A stretch of DNA of 64,000 nt. Origin: Utricularia gibba. Its lineage: Eukaryota; Plantae; Magnoliophyta. The notes beneath the pieces are model-generated. The model was not told the origin of the DNA. It saw only the letters and a program-made list of their open reading frames with translations, and did no database searches. A program made the position numbers and the translations under genes. Within the stretch, counting starts at the first letter, position 1. Each line of letters starts with the position of its first letter. The stretch is from positions 1,488,001 to 1,552,000 of the forward strand of contig CM007992.1 of assembly GCA_002189035.1 (NCBI GenBank), read 5' to 3'. Positions 25,481-37,699 of this stretch are shown here, one piece after another.

Positions 25481-26935
25481 ATGGCGGCTGAGTGCTCCAA
25501 AGGGCTCTTCTTCTTTCTTGCTCTGCTTCTGAATCTGAGATATGGAGTTGTTGCGCAGCCAGAGGATCCGGCGATCAGAGAACGGCCCGCCTTGGCTCCG
25601 GCGCTGTTCGTCTTCGGGGACTCTCTCATTGACAATGGCAACAACAACAACTTGGCTTCTTTTGCTAAGGCCAACTATCTCCCCTATGGGATCGATTTCC
25701 AGGGCGGCCCCACCGGCCGTTTCTCCAACGGCTTCACCATGGTTGATACCATTGGTAAGAAGGTTTCCTAGCTTAGGTTAGCCATACTTGCCTGTGTGTT
25801 TTTCGCACTGATGTAATGGGCATGGCAATGCAGCTGAGCTCCTGGGGCTTCCTCTTACTCCGCCCTACTCTCAGGCTCAGGCCTCTGGCGAGCAAATGAG
25901 ATACGGGGTCAACTTTGCTTCTGCAGCTGCCGGGATTCTAGACAATACGGGCCAAAACTTTGTTAGTTCTTCTTCATCTGGCCATGAGCAACTCTGATCG
26001 GAGAGATACCACCAGGGGCAGATAAGCTCGTCCGGGTTGAACTTGACTAACTCCGTTTTGATTCATTCGCAGGTTGGGAGGATCCCATTTAACCAGCAGA
26101 TCAAGAACTTTGAGAACACTCTGGATCAACTTAGCAACCTCCTTGGCGCAGATGATCTCTCACAGGGTCTATCCAAGTCCATATTCTTCATTGGGATGGG
26201 AAGCAACGACTATCTCAACAACTACCTCATGCCGAACTACGATACCAAGAATCGCTACAACGCTCAACAATTCGCTGATCTTTTGACCCAGGAATATTCC
26301 CAGCAGCTCACTGTAAGAAGCAAATCTCCTTCGTTAGCTGATTCTTGGTTCTTTTCTCAAAACATTCACTGTTGATGCAGAGATTGTACAGCCTGGGAGC
26401 AAGGAAGTTTGCAATTGCAGGGCTTGGCTTGATGGGATGCATTCCGAGCATTCTTGCGCAGAGCAGCGACGGATTATGCTCCGACGAAGTTAACCAACTC
26501 GTTCGCCCGTTCAACACAAACACCAAGATGATGATCAATCGCCTCAGCGTCAGTCTTCCTGGTTCGAAGTTTTCATACATCGACGTCAACAACGCCTTCC
26601 AGGAGCTTCTCGTCAACGCCGAACAATACGGTCAGCAAAAAAAAATCCCCTGAATCCAAAACCTAGGCTGCTAATTTCAATCGAATTGAATGTGCTTGGA
26701 TTGATAAACGGCAGGATTCAGCGTATTGAACCGTGGATGCTGTGGAATCGGAAGAAACAGGGGACAGATAACGTGCCTTCCGTTCCAGGCGCCGTGCCCA
26801 GACCGATCGAGTTACCTCTTCTGGGACGCGTTTCATCCCACTGAGGCGGTGAACGTTGTTCTCGGGCAGAGAGCTTTCTACGGAGGCACAGATATCGCTT
26901 CTCCGATCAACATACAGCAACTCGCCGCCCTTTGA
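25481..26935 (+). CDS. GDSL esterase/lipase (SGNH hydrolase), 370 aa, 5 exons
   Basis: Exons 25481-25754, 25834-25961, 26073-26312, 26381-26630, 26715-26935 (1113 nt). Signal peptide, PALFVFGDSLIDNGNN, PTGRFSNG, GVNFASAAAG, GSNDY, FWDAFHPTE. Confidence 0.96.
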
Positions 26936-29273
26936 ACTGAATCCTCGCTTTGTTGTACAACTACCGGAGTAGCATCCAAACAAAGTTCCTCACTTCCATT
27001 CAAACACTCATATTTGGATTAAATTAATATGGTGTGATAATACTTAATTTTACTTTAATAATTTTAATTATCTTACATTATTCGATTTACATACTATTTA
27101 TTATATACTTCTATATAATAGAACTTGAAACGCCAAGTTTTGAATTTCATGATTTTATCCATTATTTTATTATAATAAAATAAAAATTATAAAAGAAAAT
27201 AAATAAATAAATCTAATACTTAAAATGAATTACGAGACCATTTTAAGTTATTTAATATGATTTTAATTTTGAGTATTGAAGAATGACCATATCCGAAATT
27301 TGAAAAAAAATCAAATATTCAAAATTTGGAAAAATCTCAAAAAATGAATTAGATCCAAAAAAACCGGAAATTTTAGGATATATTTCGATCCAAAGGATAT
27401 GATCGATATTCTGGAAAATATTTTATTTAAATAAAAATAGTCGAAATTTCACTGAACTTTAAGACGTTGCATGTGACATAACCTTTGACAATTTTCCAGA
27501 CAAACGGTGGTAGGTACTAGAGTTGGCATGAGTGGGGACTCGGATGACCCGAATCCAGGATCCAGCTGATCCCGATGCCCTAGAGATCAAGCTACTAGAT
27601 TGCATAAACGAGACCAAACAGTGTAGCATCAGAAGGGGTAGCTCCACGGACACTACGAGGGCGCTGTTCCCGGCCTAGTGAAGTCCCATGGGGGATGAGA
27701 TATCTCCGGGCGCCTGCGGTGTCTTCTTGGTATGCGAGAGTCAGCCTCGTGAATGAGAGGGCGAGATGTTGCAGTAAATGCATCGGAACTCCAAAACTAA
27801 ATGCAGATAATGACACGGTGACCGTCTCTTTTCCTTGGGGACGCCTACACCAACTACCCAACTAATGCAGCGCCCTTCCTACGGGGGCTCATCCACAATG
27901 CAGAGAGGAAGACGCTTCACAGAGCTGAAAATACAAGGGTGGGCGGGCTGTGGGATGCATTGCAAGGGATTGATTGCAGGAGGAAGACGCTTCACAGAGC
28001 TGAAAATTTGGCAACTGGGGTTCTAAAGAGTCCTTAACCTTGTGCTATAGATGATGGATGGTAGAACCAAATCAGCGACATGTGCAGAGAACATGATTCT
28101 GGCAATTGATGGCGTGCTGGAATCCATCCAGCCTACTCAATCGACGTTTTAGGGTGTCCACAAGGACCACATGAAAACGAGCACACTTGTATCCACTTCA
28201 GTTTCAATGGGGAGTAGCATTCGACCTTGAAATTGCGCTGGATGCTGTACCACAGTTTGGGATCGGTTTCAGTGAGATGATCATCATCATCGTAGCTTGT
28301 TTTTCGGCTGCTTTTTCCCAGCCTCCAGGGACGTGCATCGCGGCCGTGTCGCCTAGATGACCCTAGCCTCCTTGAATTTGCCATCGCCAGATTGTCTTCG
28401 GACACGAAGGTGGCTATCAACATGTGCTAAAAAAAGAAAAAAGAAACAAACACACGCGCAAATGGGAAATATGGGATTTGAAGAGTATTTCAACAAAAGT
28501 ATACTTTTTAGCCTGGTAAACCCACTGATAAATCAATGGTAAACCTCCAGGACCTCAGCTTTGTGGCCTCCGAGACTATAGGCAATCTACTAATAGAAAC
28601 AGAATTGCACAGTTGTGATTACAAACATGGATCCAACTGGCTACACAGATATTCAAAGGAATAATCCAGTAATTAGAAAATTACAAAATTGATTATCTAA
28701 TCCTCAAAACAAACAATCGCACTGTAAGTCACATAAGCACCGCCAGCTTCACCTCATGCCCATCTACATCAAGAAGAACCAGTTCTTCGTCTTGTCTCAT
28801 CAGAAGGTTTTTTTTTTTTCCTTGAAGTGCTCCATTATTCATGCCATGCCTTCAATGGCAAATCCCATACTGCCATGATATTACATCATTTTCTATTTCA
28901 ACTTCCTTTCATGGGGCCCTTCTTTTATTGCTTCAGTTTGCATGGACAACATTAAACATAATATGAAATCCATTATTGTTCAATATGCCCTACCGGATTT
29001 TGAAGGGTGAAAAAATGATATTAGTGCTTGGTTGACCAACTCTTATTTGGTGGTTGGTGGTAACAAACCCACTAATTCACGGACTGCCCAACCTTCATGT
29101 AATTGGGTCAGGCCAGACTTGCTGATTCATTCAAGTCAAGATAAAGACGCCTTACTGACTCAGTCAAATGGATACGTTTCCTAGTAGAGATTTCCTCAAC
29201 ATCAAATTTAATCATTTGACTGTTTACAGATTCTATCCTAATCCAAATCCAAGGCTCGTCTCTCTCCTTCTCT

Positions 29274-29281
29274 TATAAATA
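29274..29281 (+). promoter_or_regulatory. TATA box of invertase copy 1
   Basis: TATAAATA ~80 bp upstream of the ATG at 29355; conserved in copy 2 and in the orphan remnant. Confidence 0.6.
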
Positions 29282-29948
29282 CTATTCAGATTCACAACAT
29301 CCAAACCCAGCCTTATTCTTCTGGTTAGCTTCTCGTTTATTCGTCCTCCCACTCATGGCGCTCTAGTTTCTGGTAGGAGATGGGATTTCCGAGTTTTGGC
29401 CTCGTGTTTTTTGGCGATGCTCAGCGTAGATGGCGTCCATGGCGCACACACTGTATTCACCAATCTCCAATCTGCTGTAGCCGCTAATGTGAAGCAGGAG
29501 CACAGGACGGCATACCATTTTCAACCCTCACGACATTGGATTAACGGTAAAAAATTGATGTTTTAGCTTCGCTTCATGCATGCGTTTTGTGAAGATATTG
29601 TTGTTTTGGGAAACTTCAATTCTTATCCAGAATCTGAACACACGAGGGCATCACTCCGCATCAATGAGGCATCCTCCCCCCTATTAAGCACACGCCATTT
29701 TTATTTTATTTGCGCTTGCATGCATGCATTTTTTTTTTTTTTTTTTTGGATTCTGATACCATTTCCTCCTTTCCTCCCTAAAAGGCAACATTTTTCCCCT
29801 TTTCCAGTTGTGTCTTAAAACCGTACCCCATGTGTTCTTTCATTCTGCTATTTTACTTTTTTGTTGATGGAAGTTTGGTTTATGAACTAATGGGCTCATG
29901 CTTTTGTTTCTCCACATGACGATCCTGGGAAAATGGAAACAAAATCAG

Positions 29949-29957
29949 ATCCCAATG
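29949..29957 (+). other. 9-nt mini-exon ATCCCAATG (DPN of the NDPNG motif), copy 1
   Basis: Flanked by AAAATCAG and GTGAGT; established hallmark of plant acid invertases. Confidence 0.93.
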
Positions 29958-30640
29958 GTGAGTGTTCGTTCCTTTTAACCTTTTGGCATATTTTCCAGTT
30001 TATTCAATAGTTTGATCATTTTTTAAATAATAACAGGTCCAATGTATTATAACGGATTTTATCATCTCTTCTACCAATACAATCCAAAAGGAGCGGTTTG
30101 GGGTAACATCGTCTGGGCTCATTCAGTTTCGAAAGACTTGATCAACTGGATCAAACTTGAACCAGCCATTTATCCATCAAAGTCATTTGATAATTATGGC
30201 TGTTGGTCCGGCTCTGCAACTGTTCTCCCTGGAAATAAACCGGTCATTCTTTACACTGGGATTCTTTATCCAAAACTATGCTGTTCCAGCGAATCTTTCA
30301 GACCCTTATCTTCGGGAATGGATAAAGCCCAATGATAATCCATTGATCGTGCCGGATGAATCCATCAACAGGACTGCCTTTCGTGATCCAACAACAGCAT
30401 GGTTCGGTCAAGATGGCCACTGGAGAATTGCCATTGGTGGTCGGCGTAAGCATAGGGGAATGGCATTCCTTTACCGGAGCAAAGACTTCAAGCAATGGAT
30501 CAAGGCGAAGCATCCATTGCATTCTGTGTCTGGAACCGGCAATTTTGAGTGCCCAGATTTCTTCCCTGTTTCTGTTACCACAAGAAATGGACTTGATACT
30601 TCAGCTTTTGGGGAAAATGTGAAGCATGTGATGAAGGTAA

Positions 30641-33600
30641 TGAATGTTAACCTTGACAAATTGAAGAACAAATTGTGTGAGAATTAATGGGCGAAGGCTG
30701 CTGCTGCTGGTAAGAAGGCGAAGAGAAGGCGAAGAGAAGACATAATGCAGACATGAGACTTATTATCTTGGATCCCAATTTCATGAAATGGGCTTCTCGT
30801 GATTATGGATCAAATACTAAAGAGCCCACACATAAGGAGAAGGCCCAAGTCCATGTTTGCTGTGTATGTAGGTTTGATCAAGCAACTGACCTATCTGCAA
30901 GAAGTAGAGAAAATAATAATGGTAACAACGGTTAGATAACATACTCTGTTTAGTAACGGCTAATTTTTTAGCCTATAAATACCTGCTGTACATTGAGAAA
31001 TGTAAATAGATTACAAGTGACAAAACAATATCTTCTATATTCATCATGCCCCTGCTCTTCATACCTCCTATACCCTGACAATCTCAATATCGCTATTATG
31101 GTGAACCCGACGTGAAAAAGGAAATTATCACATCACACGATCCATTGTTGACTCGGTTTGATCTCTCATACCTGTTTTATATATCTCTCCTACTATTGGT
31201 AGTCTTTCTTCTCGTATAGATTTGCAACATGAACTCAAATATATCGGTTTCAAATATATCTCCACCCATATTTGCTGGAAAGGAGTATGATATGTGGGCT
31301 CCTACGATGGAGATTTACTTATGGTTACATGGACTGTGGAACTTCATAGTTTCAAATCCTCACTTCGAAGGCACAATCGAAGAAAAGATTGCTGTTGAAC
31401 GTGTGTATCTGGAGAAGGAAATCAAAACTTCAGCCGTTTTAGCATCTGCTGTCATCGGCGATGCCTATCGATGCATCACAAAAAAATCACCAAAGGAAGC
31501 CTGGTTAACTCTACAAGATTTGTATGAAGAAAAAAGGAATTTAGAAAGTGAGAAATTCAGCTCCTGCGGAACCATGTCTACAACTTTCGGATTAGAGATG
31601 GCGAGGTGGCCTCCGATGCTAAGCAACTTCTGAAAAACCTGGAGAAATTAAAACGGTTAGGCAAAGTTGTCGATGATCATGAAGAACAGAAGTTAAAAGC
31701 CAATGTCATCCACAGTGCTCCAACAGAGTTTGATGCTGTGATTGAATTGCTTGATGCCACTGGATTCCTCGAAACCTTAACTCTACAGCGACTGTTAAAC
31801 CATCTCAAAAATGTGGAGAGTCACAGAAAGAGCATAAATGAAGAAGAAGCTCAAGATAAGGCTTTCAAGGCAACACTCACCTCCAACCTGCCCAAATACG
31901 AGGGAGGTTACCTGCCTTATGCTGCTCCCTCCTTCCAACCCGCGAAGAAGGAAAAAAAAGCGGCCCTTTCCACCTTGCCCATACTGTGCTTAGAAAAATC
32001 ATCCTCCGGTCAGCTGCTTTTGGAATCCAGAGGCATATTGCACTTTGTGCTCCACCAAAAGTCATGTGGAAAGAGTCTTCCCTACCAAGAAAAATCAATC
32101 AAGCAATAACTCTCATGCATCTACTACTAACATTGAAAATGTTCTAGCTAAACTCCAAGATGCATCTGTTGATGATGCGAATAAGACTCCAAAAATTTCT
32201 ATCTACTAGATATACAACAAATCTATACTAACATAAATAAAGGATCACCATCACAAAGTCATCTGGCTTATGGATTGTGCTTGTAGCAACTACTTGACAA
32301 ATGACCTATCGATATTTACCTCCTATGCAGCAGTATTTGGGAAAACCTTGTTTATTGCCAATGAAACATCCATCTTTGTTCATGGGATCGGGTCAGTATG
32401 TATTGAAACTAACCAGCGCCTTCTCAAAATCACTGAGGTCTTCTATCTCACTGGTGCATCGCACAATATGTTAAGTGCTGGTCAATTCATCAAAAAAGGA
32501 TACAATATACAACTGGAAGATTATATCTGCACGTTGATTGATCACAATCAGAATCTCGTGTTTAAGGTTCAAATGGTAAATCGACTCTTTCCTATTAATT
32601 GCCTTCACTCTAATGAGCTGCTTAGTCTTGTAGTTACAGATACCTCCTTGCTTTGGCACAAACGTCTTGGCCATCATCATACTGCATTAGTAAGAACAAA
32701 TCAATCTCAAGGCACAATATCAGGTGTAATTGAACTACATCCATGCCTTGACCCTTGCAGCACCTACTTATTAGGAAAAATGAGTAGGAGTATGTTTAAA
32801 CGAAGATCAACAACATTAGTCAAAGCTTCAACTAGTAACAAGTGACATGAGGAAACAAGTACTATATCATATTCACATACAATTATTCCTAGTACACCTG
32901 GGTCTATTTCCTCAAACATAAATCTGAAGCTGCTAATTATTTCAAGACCTTCAAGGCACTAGCAGAGACTTAAAAGAACACTAAGATTATTACTCTTCAT
33001 ACCGACAATGGTGGGGAATACAAGTCAAGGGATATTAAGAATCTCTGCATTGAAAATGGTATTGTGCATCGCTTCAATGTTCCCTACACACCACAACAGA
33101 ATGGCATCAGTGAACGAAAAAACCAAACTATTATGAACATGGCTCGATACCTTATGCTGGATCATAAGTTACCTCATCACTTCTGGGGAGAAGCCATTCA
33201 TACCTCTGTTTTTCTTCTCAACCGCTTCCCTAACAAAGGTCTACCAAGAGGAAAAACCCCATATGAAATGTGGTACGGTAGGCCTCCAAACCTGGAACAC
33301 CTGAAAGTATTTGGATCCCTGAGCTATGTATTTATTTCAAAGGAGCAAAGGACAAAACTAGAAAATCATTCACAGATTGGAATCTTCCTGGGATACTCTG
33401 AAAGTACCCAAATATACAAGATATATGTTCCATCCATCAACCGGATTGTCACTCAACGTTGTATTGATGTGCTTGTAGATGAGTCTCGATCTTTTAATTG
33501 GGAAACCAATGAGTAACCCCTAGAGACCTCTTCATCCGTATACCACCAAGAAATAAGCTTATTATTTCTAGATGAAGTCTCTGGAATTCCTTTGCATGAA

Positions 33601-36150
33601 GACTCTTTTGACATCCTGGAGGAACAACATGATATTGATGCCAATAATTATGAAAATAATATTGAGGAAAATAATACTGGAGGCACAGCAACACAGGAGG
33701 TCATACAACAAAATAGTCATTTATACCAGTAGGAGCCGAATCTCAATTCTCTCAGCAATCCTACTCCTCATCCTATAAATTCAGAAATTCCCCAAGATTC
33801 CTCTGATGAAATCAATGACAGCAATAGTTATGAATTTGAAGATACAACCACTTAGGAGGAAAATGAGGATATTACACATCCAACGAGAACACAAGATCAT
33901 TCACCAGCAAGACACTCATCAAACAACTCAGAACCAGACATTAGTTTTGAACTTGAGACAGGGGATGAAAGTTTACATACCTCATTTCCAATGCAATGAC
34001 CCCAACCAAAACCTAGATGAGGAACTCATCAGAGGCTACGACTCTCTTGATGAAATTTATGATCAAGCTCTCCTCATGCATGAACCTTTGAGTCCTTATG
34101 AAGCCCTGCAAAATCCTGCATGGAAAGAGTCCATGGAAAACGAATTAACTGCTATTGAGAAACATCAAGTTTGGATAGCAATGGACAAACCTCCTGATGT
34201 CAAGCCTATTCGTTTCAAATGGGTATTTAGGACCAAACTCAATCTTGATGGCATTGTGAATAAACTGAAATCACGGTTAGTTGGAAGGGATACTTTCAAA
34301 AAGAGGGGCTTGACTATTGGGACACCTTTGTACTGGTGGCCAAATTAGACACCATCAAGTTAGTAATCGCATATGCCACTAGTTAAAGATGTAAAAAACA
34401 CCTTCTTAAATGGGAACCTAAAAGAAGATGTCTATGTACTCCCACCTCCTGGCTTCACTATGAAAAATGGAGATCACAAGGTACTCAAACTGCAAAAGGC
34501 CTTATATGGTCTGAAACAGGCACCTAAGAATTAGTATGCCACAATAGATGAATATTTCACACAGCTTGGGTATCAACGCAGCAAGAATGATACTACACTA
34601 TATACACTTGAGTCTGATATTGGCAGAATCATTGTCACTCTCTATGTAGATGACAATCTACTTACGGGAGACAATGAAACCATGATTTTGGAGCAAAAGC
34701 AAAAACTCAAAGAACAATTTGATCTATCAAACTTGAGCTCGGCATAGTATATACTTGGTCTGGAAATCATACAATCTAAAGACTATGTGTTCCTCAGCCA
34801 ACGAAAATATACTGAAGACATACTCACAAGATATGACATGATCCACGTTAGCGAGGCAGCCACTCCATTCACACTGTACCTGAAGCTCAAAGCAAATATG
34901 ATATCGAAGAAAGAACATTTAAACAAGTCTCAAGACCAAACTGATGAAGCTAATGCTGCAAATATGCATGAATATAAGAAAAGCGTTGGAGCCTTACTAT
35001 ATCTTACGGCAACCTGACCTGATATCACCTTAGCGGTAACATTCTTATCTTGTTTCATGCACAAACTCCTTACCTTGCACCTCAAAATTGCCAAACAGGT
35101 TTTCAGATACTTAAATTCCACAAAATCTCTAGGCCTTTATTTAAAAAAGCATACTAATCCCATTTTCCAAGGGTTTGTAGATTCTGATTTTGCAGGGGAC
35201 GAAACTGACTTAAAATCCACTACTGGATATCTATTTACCTTAGGTTCAGCAGTGTTTGCTTGGAATAGCTGGAAACAAGATTTAGTGGCTCAATCATCCG
35301 CTGAAGCCGAGTATGTTGCTGGGGCTTCCGCTGCCAATCATGCTCAATGGCTTCTGAAGCTATGTGAAGACCTGAAAGTACAAATACGAAGATCAATCAT
35401 CTTGAGGATTGAAAACAAGTCAGCTATTAGTATCACACAGAATCCGGTAATGTTTGGTAAAACCAAGCATATCAGAATCAAATATCAAGTTTTGAGAGAT
35501 TATATCAAAGAAGGATGCATCAAGCTAGAATATCTACCATTAGAGAAGTAAGTCGCAAACATCCTCACGAAAGCCCTATTTCCGAAGCAATTCTCCCAAA
35601 TCAGAGAATTATTAGGGTTACGACACAATCCTACATAGTCCACGATTTTACCTTAGCCTCACTCTCAAGGAGGAATGAAGGTTAACCTGGACAAATTGAG
35701 GAACAAATTGTGTGAGAATGAAGTTGATGTAGAAGCCGAGAACTTTGAGCGACTTCGCAGGAACACTGCTGTTAGTAAGAAGGCAAAGAGAAGACATGAT
35801 ATAGACATGGGCCTTATTATCTTGGATCCCAATTCCATGAAATGGGCTTCTCGCGATTATATATCAAATACTAAGGAGCCCACACATAAGGAGAAGGCCC
35901 AAGTTCATGTTTGCTATGTATGTAGGTCTGATAAAGCAACCGACCTATGTGCAAGAAGTAGAGAAAATAATAATGGTAACAATGGCTAGATAACATCCTC
36001 TGTTACTAACGGCTAATTTTTTAGCCTATAAATACCTGCTGTACATTGAAAAATGTAGGTAGATTACAAGTGACAAAACAATATCTTCTATATCCATCAC
36101 GCCCTACTCTTCATACCTCCTATACCCTCACAATCTCAATATCACTATTA
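30641..36150 (+). mobile_element. Full-length degenerate Ty1/Copia, 5510 bp, inserted in invertase exon 3
   Basis: LTRs 30641-31098 and 35676-36150, both TG..TA; TSD GGTAA at 30636-30640 and 36151-36155; PBS at 31099; PPT AAGGAGGAA; gag (EYDMWAPTMEIYL), protease (WLMDCACSNY), integrase (YTPQQNGISERKN), RT (KWVFRTK, LYVDD), RNase H (DSDFAGD, AEAEY). Confidence 0.96.
31099..31116 (+). other. Primer-binding site, probably complementary to tRNA-Trp(CCA)
   Basis: TGGTGAACCCGACGTGAA is the reverse complement of TTCACGTCGGGTTCACCA, the 3' end of plant cytosolic tRNA-Trp as I recall it; not verified by search. Confidence 0.75.
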
Positions 36151-37699
36151 GGTAAGTCTTGATGTTACGAGATATGAGTATTACACTATTGAGACATATC
36201 ATCATAAATTGGACAAATATATTCCTCATAAAGATTTCATTTATGGGTGACATGGATTGCGGTATGATTATGGAAACTTTTATACTTCAAAATCTTTTTA
36301 CGATCTTAGCAAGCAACGAAGAATTTTGTGGGGATGGGCAAATGAATCAGATACTACCAAGAATGATGTTAAGAAGGGATGGGCAGACATACAAGTACCT
36401 AATTAACTAGTTATTTTGTATTCGAACTCTATATATTAATTGATTATTATTTTTTTCAGTTGATTCCTCAAACATTGGTTTTGTATCCGAATGGGAGACA
36501 ACTTCTTCAATGCCCTATTGAGGAAGTAGAAAAATTGAGGAAAAATAAAGTGGAATTGACCAATAAAGAGCTTTGTAATGGACAACAAATTGAGATTTAT
36601 GACATCACTACTACCCAAGCTGATGCTGATGTCACCTTCAGTTTTGATAACTTGGACAAGGCTGAACCTCTAGATCCAAGATGGGATATACATGATCCAC
36701 AAAAGATTTGTGGAGAGAAAGACTCAAGTATCATAGGAACATTAGGATCATTTGGTCTTATTACTTTGGCTTCTGAGAAACTAGAAGAATATACTCCAGT
36801 ATTTTTCAAGATTTTCAAGGATCAAAAGCAACATTTAGTTTTATTATGTTCAAATGCCTCAAGGTAACATCTATTAGTACTTGAGTTATACATTACATGT
36901 CAATTATTAAGTAGATCTATTGTTTAATGCTTGTAGATCCACATTGGTGAGTGGAAAATCACAAATGAATGGAGGTAGCGATGCATATCGATCATCTTTC
37001 GGAGGTTTTGTAAATGTGGACATGAAGGACAAGAGTCTTTCCCTTAGGAGCTTGGTACAATGCAATCTCATCTCTTGGTGCAAATGCATTATCATTATTT
37101 CATTTTTTTTTGATGGTGCATTTGTTATTATCTTTAATAGGTTGACCACTCAGTTATGGAGAGCTTTGCATCCGGAGCAAAGACTGTGATAACATCCCGT
37201 GTGTATCCAACCTTAGCAATTTTCGAAGAGGCACACTTGTATGTTTTCAACAACGGTATTGAACCAGTGAGAATCTAGAAGCTGAGTTCATGGAGTATGA
37301 AAAGATCTGTCTACATGAACTAGTGAAGACCATCCCATGTACAAAATCTGGATTTTGGTGCTGCTGTTATGGCTAGTTGTTTGTTAATAATTTTTATGAC
37401 ACTTCTTTAAGATCCAAGATTTAATTGAATTCCATTTATAGGCATTATTTCAATTTAAGTTTTTTGTGCCGACAAAGAATATAATGACATACAAAAAAAT
37501 GATGCTCATGATCTGTAGAATACCAGTGACATTGTATTTGATGATTTGTAAGATTGAGATAGTGATTATGATGTGAAAGAGAATGAGCCAATTGATGAAT
37601 GCGAAGATATAAACGAGGAAAAAAGGGAACATGATTTTATCAATTATTGGTCAACTAATATTGATGATACTCCTTGAGCATCTTCTATTTTTATCAGAA

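Larger units (their letters stand above)
29355..37323 (+). pseudogene. CWINV: Cell-wall invertase (beta-fructofuranosidase, GH32), copy 1, disrupted
   Basis: [41 protein letters not shown] motifs. Lesions relative to copy 2: 1-bp deletion giving ATG GCG CTC TAG; net -17 bp at 30264-30270; Copia at 30641-36150; TGA at 36248-36250; TAG at 37276-37278. Confidence 0.95.

Noticed and set aside
27459-28800. GC-rich coding-like stretch; VECYSP..KW resembles a kelch repeat
   Set aside because: Too short and broken to assign without a search.
30641-30935. ORFs 30753-30935 and 35675-35989, and the apparent C-terminal extension of ORF 30157-30687
   Set aside because: They are chance frames in the two Copia LTRs, not host coding sequence.
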